IMG/VR virus record: IMGVR_UViG_3300025160_000012
Location: 1-40,339 of that record
Length of the DNA stretch: 40,339 nucleotides
DNA from: a virus
Taxonomy: Duplodnaviria > Caudoviricetes
Direction: 5' to 3' (one strand)
Below, piece by piece: positions 20,630-28,638 of the stretch. The position numbers and the translations under genes were made by a program. The number at the start of each line of letters is the position of its first letter. Positions within the stretch are counted from its first letter, which is position 1. Under the pieces are notes generated by a model that made no database searches, was not told the DNA's origin, and saw only the letters and a program-made list of their open reading frames with translations.

Positions 20630-21109
20630 TCACCGCCCCCAGAGCGCTTCGGCCTGACGGGCCATCTTGGGGAGCACTTCGTCCCGCATCTTCCGGCGCA
20701 CGGCCGTGCGCGCCCGGCGCATATAGAAGCGACCCCTGATGCCGCGCCGCCCTATCGCGCGGGCGATGACGAACAACATGCGCGGCTCGGCCGCGATGCC
20801 ATGCCGCGCCGCCCAGGGCGCCAGCGCGGAGGCCGGCGGCATCTTCTTGCCCGGGCCGCGGCCGCGCTCCACCACCAGCGCCTTCAGGCCGCGCGATGAG
20901 CCGACTATGTGGACGCGCCCCTGCAGCGGCGCGACCTCCATCGCGATGTCCTGCTGCAGCCCGCCCAGGTCGCGCGGCGCGTTGCCCTGCGCCTGTTCCT
21001 GGCCGAAGCGCGTCAGCTCCTCGATCGCCTCGGCGGCTATCGGCAGCACGAGCGCGTGCCGCTGCAGCTTCGCGCGCAGCTCCTTCAGCCCCTTCAGGTT
21101 GATCGTCAT
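20630..21109 (-). CDS. HK97 gp10-like neck/tail completion protein
   Basis: INLKGLKELRAKL...APRDLGGLQQDI...VERG...GIRGRFYMRRA. Confidence 0.85.
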   Translation of the reverse strand: MTINLKGLKELRAKLQRHALVLPIAAEAIEELTRFGQEQAQGNAPRDLGGLQQDIAMEVAPLQGRVHIVGSSRGLKALVVERGRGPGKKMPPASALAPWAARHGIAAEPRMLFVIARAIGRRGIRGRFYMRRARTAVRRKMRDEVLPKMARQAEALWGR

Positions 21110-21111
21110 CT

Positions 21112-21759
21112 TCAGAATGTCGGTAGGCTCCTGTAACTGAGCATCAGCTCGTTCACGATGCCCTGCGCCTCACGCGACGCGCCGAGGATCTCGCCGACGT
21201 CGCTCCGGCTCGTCACCGAGCGCGGCGTCTCCAGCCGGAGCAGTGCCGTCAGGTGGCACGTCGCGAGCTCGATCGCCTTCGGCACGGCCGGCCAGCCGAA
21301 CACGGCCGTCACCTCGACTGCCCGCTCCTGCCGCGGCCAGATGCCCACCACGCTGTTGCCCGGCTTCAGGTCCAGGTAACGCCATGGACGCGCCTCCGCG
21401 CCTTTGTCCGCGTCGGCCGGTCCCGCCCAGAAGTGGGTGTCGATGGTGAGCGTTTCGCCCGAATCCGTCACGTCGTAGTCGGCGTTCAGGTCGACCTTCA
21501 CGATAAGGCCGGTCAGCGTGGAGAGGCCCGGGACGTGCTCGTGATCGGTGAGGTAGAGGCGCGGCGTACCGCTGCCCCGATAGAGACGGGCGACGGCGCT
21601 GGCATCCTTGGTAAAGAACTGGCCGAGCTTGCGCGTCAGGTAGCGGCTGACGGCGAGCAGATCGGCGTCGATCTCCGTGTCTTCGGCCGTCGAGTCCTTG
21701 TCGGCGATGCCGCGGTAGGTCGCGGCTGTTGCGTAGGCATCACCGATCGCGGCTGGCAT
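21112..21759 (-). CDS. head-tail connector/adaptor
   Basis: YATAATY...VEVTAVFGWPAVPKAIELAT pattern. Confidence 0.82.
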   Translation of the reverse strand: MPAAIGDAYATAATYRGIADKDSTAEDTEIDADLLAVSRYLTRKLGQFFTKDASAVARLYRGSGTPRLYLTDHEHVPGLSTLTGLIVKVDLNADYDVTDSGETLTIDTHFWAGPADADKGAEARPWRYLDLKPGNSVVGIWPRQERAVEVTAVFGWPAVPKAIELATCHLTALLRLETPRSVTSRSDVGEILGASREAQGIVNELMLSYRSLPTF

Positions 21760-22165
21760 CGATGCGATCCCCCTTGCTTGAATTGCAGACTGCGTGTACG
21801 ACAGCTATGTTTTCATGGGTGTGCTCACCGCCTCTACTCAGCGGAATCAGATGATCAAATGAAAGATCATCAGCGACCACCAGAAGCCCGCAAATGACGC
21901 ATACCCAATCGTCTCGTTCAACGATTAGGCGATAGTCAACATGCTCCGCGTAATTGCCCAGCCGTTTCGCGAGGCATCTAGCTCGCTTTTCTCTAGCTAC
22001 AAGGCCGAGGGGATCGCGTTCGCGAAGCCGAGTAGCATGCCGACGCTGGCGCGCTGCCTTCCCTGATTCTTTGTAGGGACTGTCATAAACTCGGTTGGCG
22101 CGCCGCCGATCCTCTGCGGCTGCCACACGCGGATCGGCCTTTGTTAGACCTTTGTTCCAGGGCAT
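21740..22165 (-). CDS. free-standing HNH homing endonuclease (N-terminal PWNKG NUMOD3-like motif)
   Basis: RDDWVCVICG...DHLIPLSRGGEHTHENIAVVHAVCNSSKG; visibly lower GC than its flanks. Confidence 0.9.
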   Translation of the reverse strand: MPWNKGLTKADPRVAAAEDRRRANRVYDSPYKESGKAARQRRHATRLRERDPLGLVAREKRARCLAKRLGNYAEHVDYRLIVERDDWVCVICGLLVVADDLSFDHLIPLSRGGEHTHENIAVVHAVCNSSKGDRIDASRDR

Positions 22166-22222
22166 CTACCTCTCCTACCCGCATAGGCGTCAGCGGGAGC
22201 GGTTTGTGCGCGGTGCTCGATG

Positions 22223-22405
22223 CTACTGCGCCGGGTCTCTGGTCGTTCTCCTCGTCCGGTAGTTCCCCATCGGGCAGTTGTAGACGCCGTCGCGCAGCTT
22301 GAGCGGGGAGCCGTCGTACGGGCATTCGAGCAGCGGCTTGCGCCGCTCGTCCTCCGCCTGCTTGCGTTCGTCCTTGATGATGTCGAGGAGCTGCTGGTTG
22401 CTCAT
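22223..22405 (-). CDS. small zinc-ribbon protein (CPYDGSPL...CPMG)
   Basis: ATGA overlap at 22402-22405; 60 aa. Confidence 0.7.
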   Translation of the reverse strand: MSNQQLLDIIKDERKQAEDERRKPLLECPYDGSPLKLRDGVYNCPMGNYRTRRTTRDPAQ

Positions 22406-22965
22406 GCCGGCACCACCAGCCCATTCGCGCTCAACGGCCGCCAGTAGCAGTCCAGCCGGATCGTCCCGTCCGTGATCGCGGCCACCGCGACCGTCCCGAC
22501 GATGTTGTCCGTGATGGCAATGTCTTTGACGGCGGCCGGCAGCGCGACGCCGTTGGGGTCCGGCACCGTGTCCACCCAAAAGTCGCCGAGATCGATGTCT
22601 GTGGCGGTCGTCGCGGCGATGAAGAGCGCCGTGCTGCCCGTCACGCCCAGCGCCAGAGTGGCGGTGGCGCCCGCGAGATCCTCAGTGCAGAATGGGACGA
22701 CAGAGACGATGAGCACCTCGCCCGTCACCGTGAAGAGCGGCACGTTGCCGATGGCGCCGAGATTCGCTGCGCCCGTGAACGCGATCGTCTTGGAGGCGCG
22801 GAAGGGGCCACCTACGAGGTAGAGCTGCCAGGCCGCGCCATCGTAGAGATACTGGGCGCCGGTATCCGTCTCGTAGAACAACGAGCCCGCGCGCGGTCCG
22901 GTGGGCTTCGTATCGGTCGAGAGCCCCACGAACCGCTCGATGCTGGTGATGAGCGCAACCGTCAT
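22402..22965 (-). CDS. putative head decoration/fibre protein
   Basis: 187 aa; N-terminal GLSTDTKP...GSLFYETDTG module plus a beta-rich domain. Confidence 0.7.
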   Translation of the reverse strand: MTVALITSIERFVGLSTDTKPTGPRAGSLFYETDTGAQYLYDGAAWQLYLVGGPFRASKTIAFTGAANLGAIGNVPLFTVTGEVLIVSVVPFCTEDLAGATATLALGVTGSTALFIAATTATDIDLGDFWVDTVPDPNGVALPAAVKDIAITDNIVGTVAVAAITDGTIRLDCYWRPLSANGLVVPA

Positions 22966-23126
22966 GCGGGCAACTCCCTACCGATCAAGTGCCAGGCCGA
23001 GTCCCCCCGCACGTACACCAGGCCGGTGTCCGTCTCGTAGAACGTGCTGCCCGCCCCAGGCGCCGGTTTCGTGTCGGACGAGAGGCCGATGTAGCGGCGG
23101 ATGGCGGCGACCTTGGCGACGGTCAT
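22962..23126 (-). CDS. 54-aa paralogue of the N-terminal module of the next gene
   Basis: Not in the ORF track; MTVAKVAAIRRYIGLSSDTKPAPGAGSTFYETDTGLVYVRGDSAWHLIGRELPA; ATGA overlap. Confidence 0.75.
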   Translation of the reverse strand: MTVAKVAAIRRYIGLSSDTKPAPGAGSTFYETDTGLVYVRGDSAWHLIGRELPA

Positions 23127-23135
23127 GGCGCGCCG

Positions 23136-23849
23136 TTATCCGATCTGGATGGCCCGCGCCCAGGCGACCTTCATCCGGTGCGCCACGGCCTCGCCGGTCA
23201 GGAAGTGGATGGTCGGCGTCAGCTCCTCGTCATCCGGGATGTTGGTGGTGACGCGGCCCACCTCGACGCCGTTGACGTAGAAGTAGACCGACGTGCCATC
23301 AAAGTAGAACTCGAGCGTCACGAGCGTGTTCGCGGCGAGCGTGCCCTCATTGTCGCTCTGGGTCTCCGTCGAGTCCTTCTCGGTGACGGTGCTGATGCCC
23401 GTCCCGCCGTCCAGCTTCTCGAAGTAGACGCCGTCGGTCAGGCCGCCCAGTGCGTCAGTGTCGCTGATCGCCAGGCCGACCAGGAAGTCGTCCTGCGTCG
23501 CCTCATCGATCTTGAGCGCGATGCCGAAGTAGACGTCGCGGCCGCTCAGCCGGAAGGCCTCGCCGTTCAGCTGAATATTGACGCCGTCGTTGTCGGCATT
23601 GTCGGTAATGATCTCCCACTTTATGCCGACCTCGTCGGATGCCTCGACATCGGAATCGCCGCCGACGCCAGCCTCCACAAGCGTGGTGACGTAGCCGCTC
23701 GGCTGCGTGCCCGTCCCGCCCGTGTCTTGCGCGTCCTTCGCCTCGAGTTCCCACTTCACGACATCGGGGCCGATGGCGTCGAGCAGCCGGTTACGGTGGG
23801 TATCCCAAAACGCTAGTGCGCCCCGGATGTAACGACTGTGCACGGTCAT
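23136..23849 (-). CDS. putative virion protein with ConA/lectin-like beta sandwich
   Basis: AAAGGAG SD; acidic, beta-rich, TLEFYFDGTSVYFYVNGVEV. Confidence 0.7.
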   Translation of the reverse strand: MTVHSRYIRGALAFWDTHRNRLLDAIGPDVVKWELEAKDAQDTGGTGTQPSGYVTTLVEAGVGGDSDVEASDEVGIKWEIITDNADNDGVNIQLNGEAFRLSGRDVYFGIALKIDEATQDDFLVGLAISDTDALGGLTDGVYFEKLDGGTGISTVTEKDSTETQSDNEGTLAANTLVTLEFYFDGTSVYFYVNGVEVGRVTTNIPDDEELTPTIHFLTGEAVAHRMKVAWARAIQIG

Positions 23850-23889
23850 TGCCTAATCGCTCCTTTCGAGCTCCGCCCTGCGGCGGCGA

Positions 23890-24204
23890 TTATGTCCGTG
23901 GCGATCTGCGCCCCTGGCCGACAGCCGCGCGGCCGCGAGTTGGCTGCTGCTCTTCCTTTTCGCCAGCATCGCTAGGATTGCTCTCGGATTCCTCCGCAGC
24001 CGTTTCTGCGCCTGTCTCATCAGCCGCAGGCACCGCAGACGTGGCAGGCGCGGCCGGTGCAGCGAGCGGCGCTGGCGACAGTTCCTTCAGATCCCGGATC
24101 GCCGCTTCGAGCAGCTGCATCTGCTCGGATTCCGAACCGAACCGATTCACGATCCGCGTGTAGAGGCGTTGCAGGTCAGCCCGTACCAATTCGATGCTCG
24201 GCAT
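23890..24204 (-). CDS. hypothetical head-region protein with low-complexity tail
   Basis: AGGAG SD plus ATG; 104 aa. Confidence 0.65.
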   Translation of the reverse strand: MPSIELVRADLQRLYTRIVNRFGSESEQMQLLEAAIRDLKELSPAPLAAPAAPATSAVPAADETGAETAAEESESNPSDAGEKEEQQPTRGRAAVGQGRRSPRT

Positions 24205-24216
24205 GCGGCATCACTC

Positions 24217-24744
24217 CTACGCGTTCGGCTGCGGCAGGTTCTCCGGCGCGCGCTGCGACTTCAGGCCCCACGGGATGTAGAGCGCGCAACCCAGCTTGGC
24301 GCCGGCCGCGCCGAGATCGGGGATGTTGACGCTGATCCACTCGAAGTCGTCCGAGAGCTGGTCCGCGCTGACCTCGATGACGACGAGGTTCTGCTGCTCC
24401 GCCGAGGTGCCGGCACCACCGGCGTCCGTAATCTCGGAGGCCGCCGCCTGCGTCGTCTTCGACCACGCCTCGTCCCCGTCGAGCGTCGTCTCCTGCTTGT
24501 GGTAGTAGCTCGTGACGACATCCAGGTCCTGCGATGTGCCGCCGGTCGCCGCATTATGCTCCTGCACGTCGCACTGCAGGTCGTCGTTGGCCGTACCGGC
24601 GCCGGCATAGATGACGATCGTGACGCCGGCGTAGTTCTTGAGGTGCAGCCGGGCTCCTGTGTTCGCAGCAGTCTCCAAGTCGACCGGCGCGATCGCGTGG
24701 CAAACGTCGAAGTCCTTGCCGAGCCCTCGTGCTGTCGTAACCAT
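24217..24744 (-). CDS. putative capsid cement/decoration protein
   Basis: AAAGGAG SD; directly after the capsid gene; beta-sandwich pattern. Confidence 0.7.
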   Translation of the reverse strand: MVTTARGLGKDFDVCHAIAPVDLETAANTGARLHLKNYAGVTIVIYAGAGTANDDLQCDVQEHNAATGGTSQDLDVVTSYYHKQETTLDGDEAWSKTTQAAASEITDAGGAGTSAEQQNLVVIEVSADQLSDDFEWISVNIPDLGAAGAKLGCALYIPWGLKSQRAPENLPQPNA

Positions 24745-24767
24745 GTGCGCTTACTCCTTTCGCCTCT

Positions 24768-24836
24768 CGCCACAGCGGGGTTGATTGCGCTGCGGTGAAT
24801 GGGCCGGAGGCGGGGGGTTGATTGCCCGCCTCCGGC
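24768..24836 (-). other. tandem RNA hairpins with identical loop CAAUCAACCC
   Basis: 12-bp stem 24803-24814/24825-24836 and about 8-bp stem 24770-24777/24788-24795; both loops read gggttgattg on the plus strand. Confidence 0.8.
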
Positions 24837-24849
24837 TGGCTTACTTCGG

Positions 24850-26352
24850 TTAGGCGCGCTCGTCCAGCGTCACGAACGGGCTCAGCGTGTTCGTGCCCTT
24901 GCGCGGCGTGATCGCCGACTGCAGCCAGCCCCGTCCGTCGACCCGCTCGATGATGCGGTAGACGGTACGATCGTTCACGAACTGGGCGTGGATGCTCGAC
25001 TCGGCCCGCATTTCCATGCGGTCGCCGATCAGGTAGTAGCCGAAGTCGATGAACGCGATGTCCTTGCCCGAGCCGCCTCCGCCGAGCGTCTCCATCTTCT
25101 CCGTGAAGAGGACCGGCCGGCCGAGGATCGTCATGGGCGGACCCTGGACGCCGTTGTTCAGCCAGATGGCCGAGCCGCCGGTGCCAACCGAGAGGCTCAT
25201 CAGCGCCAGTTGCGCGAAGGTGTCGATGTTCGCCACCCAGACGCCGTTGCCGAGCGAGGCCGGCAGCATCCGCGAGTACATCTTGACGATGTTCTCCCAG
25301 ACGATGCTGTCCGCCGCCTGCCCCGTCTCCTTCGCCACCGAGACGAGCGCCGGCGAGTTCATCACGCCGAGCGGCTGGCCGACGCCCGAGCCACCGATGA
25401 AAGCAACGTCCTCGAACCAGGAGATGGCGGTCGGCAGGATGCTGTCAATGAAGGCGGCGAACGAGATGATGGAATCCTGGAGCAGCTCGTTCGGAACGTC
25501 GCAGCGGCAGGCCAGCTTGGCCGCCTGCAGGACCACGCGGCCGAACTTCGCCTCCGACTCACTCAGCTCCGCGCCCTCCTCAGTCCAGCTTCCCACGACG
25601 CCGCCAAAGACGCTGGAGGCGTTCGACGTGCTGTCGATGGTCGGGAACGGGACACGCGAGGAATCCATAGGGATGACGCGCGCGCGCGCACGCACGATGG
25701 ACGACTCGAGCGCCACCCGCAGTAGCTCCGACCGCAGCCGCTCCGGCACGAGGAAGCCGCCGGCGCTCGGCTCAAGGCTGGAGTAGTCGTTGCGGATCTT
25801 CCGCCAGCGGTCCTGCCCCGCCATGTTGGCATACCAGATCGAGAGCAGGAAGTCGGCCGAATCCTCGAACTCCTTGTCGAGCACTGCGCCGATCGCGCGC
25901 TTGTTGTACGCTGTTCCCTTGCCTGGCGCGTCCTTGACGTTCACCGTCACGTCCGGCCGGTTGATCCCGTTCTCCAGCATGAACGACTTCAGGCCCTTCT
26001 GGATGCCGTCATCGATCATCTGCTGGATGTCGGGCCGCGCCTTGTTGACCGCCTTGACGTACTTCTGCAGGAAGTCGCCGCGGAGCTCCGGGTTGCTGAA
26101 TGTCTCGCTGGCGCGCTTCTCGTCGGCGAGGAACTCGGTCAGCTCCTCGCTCGTCTGCGGGATGGCGTCCTTCGTCACGGGCGGCGGCTTTGCCGGCGGG
26201 ATCGCGACCGTGCCGGACTGGCTGGCGAGCAGGCGAAGCAGGCGCCGCCCATTCCTTCTGTTGAAGCGGCTCCATGCCTGCAGCACCGGCTTCGAGACTG
26301 CATGGAACGGTTGCGCCAGTTGCGTGAGCAGCACCGTCATCAATGGGTTCAC
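24850..26352 (-). CDS. HK97-fold major capsid protein
   Basis: SAGGFLVPE...WTEEG...ILGRPVLFTE...DFGYYLIGDR...ERVDG; AAGGAGG SD plus GTG. Confidence 0.95.
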   Translation of the reverse strand: MNPLMTVLLTQLAQPFHAVSKPVLQAWSRFNRRNGRRLLRLLASQSGTVAIPPAKPPPVTKDAIPQTSEELTEFLADEKRASETFSNPELRGDFLQKYVKAVNKARPDIQQMIDDGIQKGLKSFMLENGINRPDVTVNVKDAPGKGTAYNKRAIGAVLDKEFEDSADFLLSIWYANMAGQDRWRKIRNDYSSLEPSAGGFLVPERLRSELLRVALESSIVRARARVIPMDSSRVPFPTIDSTSNASSVFGGVVGSWTEEGAELSESEAKFGRVVLQAAKLACRCDVPNELLQDSIISFAAFIDSILPTAISWFEDVAFIGGSGVGQPLGVMNSPALVSVAKETGQAADSIVWENIVKMYSRMLPASLGNGVWVANIDTFAQLALMSLSVGTGGSAIWLNNGVQGPPMTILGRPVLFTEKMETLGGGGSGKDIAFIDFGYYLIGDRMEMRAESSIHAQFVNDRTVYRIIERVDGRGWLQSAITPRKGTNTLSPFVTLDERA

Positions 26353-26389
26353 TCCGTTGCCTCCTTCCTTCGCCTGGCGGTGTGGCCGC

Positions 26390-27457
26390 TTAGGCGAAGA
26401 CCTGGTCCTCTACCTGTTCCACTGTGTCGTCGAAGAGCCGCCCCCAGTCGATCGGCTGGGCCTGCGGCTGCGGCTCGTTGTCGTCGTGAAGATCGCCGAT
26501 GCCGGCGTCCTTCGCGTGCGAGTTGAGATGCGCGCGGGCGCGCTCATGCGCGTCATCCGGCATGTCGGTCTGCGACTCGCGGCTCAGCGCATTGCGCAGG
26601 TGCGGCTCGTCCAGCGCGCCCTCCGCGTTGTGATGGGGCAGCTTCCGCAGGCTGCGTGGCGTTGTCCGGCCTTCGCCGTCCTTCTCGCCGCCTGGCAGGA
26701 TGATGGCGAAGGCCGAGTCGGGCAGACCGTTGATGAAGGCGGTCGTCCATTCCGCGTTCTCCGGGCCGCCCGCGCCGCGGTGGCCGTTCTGGGCGAGACG
26801 GGCGGCTAGCTTCGTTGCCTCCGCGTCCTCGCCGTCGACGCGGTCGGCCAACCCGAGCGCGACCGCCTCGCGGTCCGAGATCCACGTCTCGTCCTTCATG
26901 CGCGCGCGCCACTCCGCTACCTCACCGCCGGCGCGGCCGGCGTAGATGCGGGCGATGTTGTCGCTCGACTTGTCCAGGGCCTCCGCCATCTTCAGCATGT
27001 CGTCGGCCGGGCCGAGACAGAGGCCGTGCGCCTCGTGCACCATCATCTGTGAGTGGGGGGACATCACGATGTCGTCCGCCGCCATGACGATGAAGCTGGC
27101 CGCGCTGGCCGCGATGCCATCGACATAGGCCGTGACCTCCGCTTTGTGGCGCTTGATCGCGTTGAAGATGGCGACGCCGTCGAAAACGTCACCGCCGAGA
27201 GAGTTGACGCGCAGCGTGATCTTGCCCGACTTGATGTTGCTCAGCTCACGGATGAAGTCGTCCGCGCTGACCCCGCCGTAGCCGATGTAGTCGTAGATGA
27301 GGACTTCCGTCTCGGCCTCGGAGAGGTTCTTGATCGAATACCAGCCCCGTGAGCCGCCTGCGCCGCCCGCCGATCGCGGCCTCTCGCGTTCGAGCGCCGC
27401 CGTCAACTGCGGCAGGTCGGCTGCGGGCTGGAGGCTGGTGTAGCGCTGTAGGCTCAT
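26390..27457 (-). CDS. ClpP-type (S14) prohead maturation protease with extra C-terminal domain
   Basis: VNSLGGDVFDG, GIAASAAS, MMVHEA, ETWISDREAVALGLAD. Confidence 0.93.
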   Translation of the reverse strand: MSLQRYTSLQPAADLPQLTAALERERPRSAGGAGGSRGWYSIKNLSEAETEVLIYDYIGYGGVSADDFIRELSNIKSGKITLRVNSLGGDVFDGVAIFNAIKRHKAEVTAYVDGIAASAASFIVMAADDIVMSPHSQMMVHEAHGLCLGPADDMLKMAEALDKSSDNIARIYAGRAGGEVAEWRARMKDETWISDREAVALGLADRVDGEDAEATKLAARLAQNGHRGAGGPENAEWTTAFINGLPDSAFAIILPGGEKDGEGRTTPRSLRKLPHHNAEGALDEPHLRNALSRESQTDMPDDAHERARAHLNSHAKDAGIGDLHDDNEPQPQAQPIDWGRLFDDTVEQVEDQVFA

Positions 27458-27477
27458 TCGTCCACCTCTGGAAAACG

Positions 27478-27502
27478 AAAAAAGCGCCCACTCCGGAGGC
27501 GC
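27478..27502 (-). terminator. intrinsic terminator-like hairpin in the leader of the protease/capsid operon
   Basis: GCGCC(T)-CCGGAGT-(G)GGCGC followed by TTTTTT on the minus strand. Confidence 0.55.
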
Positions 27503-27570
27503 AATGGCCTGCTCGAAATGGACGCCTCTGACTCGCTCGGAGTGCGCGGCGTCGAACTACTGTCAGTCAG

Positions 27571-27600
27571 ATTATGCGGTTAGTCGGTTCCTTTTGTCAA
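27571..27600 (-). promoter_or_regulatory. promoter TTGACA-N18-CATAAT upstream of the head genes
   Basis: tgtcaa at 27595-27600, attatg at 27571-27576. Confidence 0.7.
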
Positions 27601-27607
27601 GGGCATC

Positions 27608-28255
27608 CTAGACCATCACCTCGCTAGGCAGGCCCAGCAGCGCCAGCGCCGTCTCCTCGTCATCGATGTGGACCGCTCCCGCGCCGGTGGGCGCCTCAAG
27701 CGCCATCGCCCCAGCCAGGACCCGCCCGATCCCTGGTTCGCCCGCCAGGCGCACCGCCAGCGCCGCCGCGCCAGTGAGCGCGCACAACGCCCGAAGCTGG
27801 CCAGCGCCGACAGCGACCGCCCCAACGCCCTCGCCGGCCAGCGCAAGGTGCCGCGAGGGCCGGCCTGGCCGTGCTGGCGCGAGCCGACCTGCCCCAGCTG
27901 GCGCCGGGAGGAGGAGCAGGCCGGCCAGCGCCGTCCGTACCGTGGCGAGTGCCTGCTGCGCCAGGCGTAGGACTGCGGCGGCGGGGTCCGCACGGAGTCG
28001 CTGCTCGAGCGAGAGCAGCCCGCGTCCGGCGGGCTCCAGCGTGGCCACGCCGGCGAGGGCGCGGTCGGCGGCCAGCTCCCCACGCGCCAGGATGAAGACG
28101 CGGCCCGCGCCTTCCAGCTCGACCGGGCGCAGGCGCCGGCGGCGGCGGACGATGCCGACGCCGGGGACGCCGCGCAGCGGCTCTACAGCCGCCGCCGGAA
28201 CGCAGATCGCGAATCCGCTATTGAAGCCGTTGGAAAAGGAGCAGCCCGTGCTCAC
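27608..28255 (-). CDS. Ala/Gly/Leu-rich hypothetical virion protein
   Basis: GTGA overlap with the upstream stop; FSNGFNSGF start; DDEETALALL end. Confidence 0.6.
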   Translation of the reverse strand: MSTGCSFSNGFNSGFAICVPAAAVEPLRGVPGVGIVRRRRRLRPVELEGAGRVFILARGELAADRALAGVATLEPAGRGLLSLEQRLRADPAAAVLRLAQQALATVRTALAGLLLLPAPAGAGRLAPARPGRPSRHLALAGEGVGAVAVGAGQLRALCALTGAAALAVRLAGEPGIGRVLAGAMALEAPTGAGAVHIDDEETALALLGLPSEVMV

Positions 28256-28638
28256 GGGATGCCGATCCGCAGGCTGCCCGGCCGGAACACCGCCTGGTCC
28301 TCGGCCGGCAGGTCGCGCGCCTTGATCAGCGGGTAGACCGCCTTCAGGTTGCCGTCGGCGTCGAACACGCCCCACGAGTCGACGCGGTGATCACGCCCCA
28401 TGTCGTCGAACCGGAGTTCGTTCAGGTTCTCGATAAAGCGCAGGCCGTCGCTGTCGCCGCCGCCGCGGCGGCCGGCGGTCGCCGCGCGATCGTCCTGTGG
28501 GGCGCCGAACTCGACCGGCAGGCGTTCGTAGCGCGGGTCGATCAGCTCGTCCCCGTCCTCGAACAGGCCGACGGTGAACCCGGGGCGGGCGAAGATGGCG
28601 AGCATCTCGTCCTTCGTTTCCAGCGTGAGCCCGCTCAT
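28252..28638 (-). CDS. minor tail/fibre-base-like protein
   Basis: YERLPVEF...ENLNELRF...WGVFDADGN...FRPGSLRI pattern seen in small actinophage minor tail proteins; ATGA overlap. Confidence 0.65.
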   Translation of the reverse strand: MSGLTLETKDEMLAIFARPGFTVGLFEDGDELIDPRYERLPVEFGAPQDDRAATAGRRGGGDSDGLRFIENLNELRFDDMGRDHRVDSWGVFDADGNLKAVYPLIKARDLPAEDQAVFRPGSLRIGIP

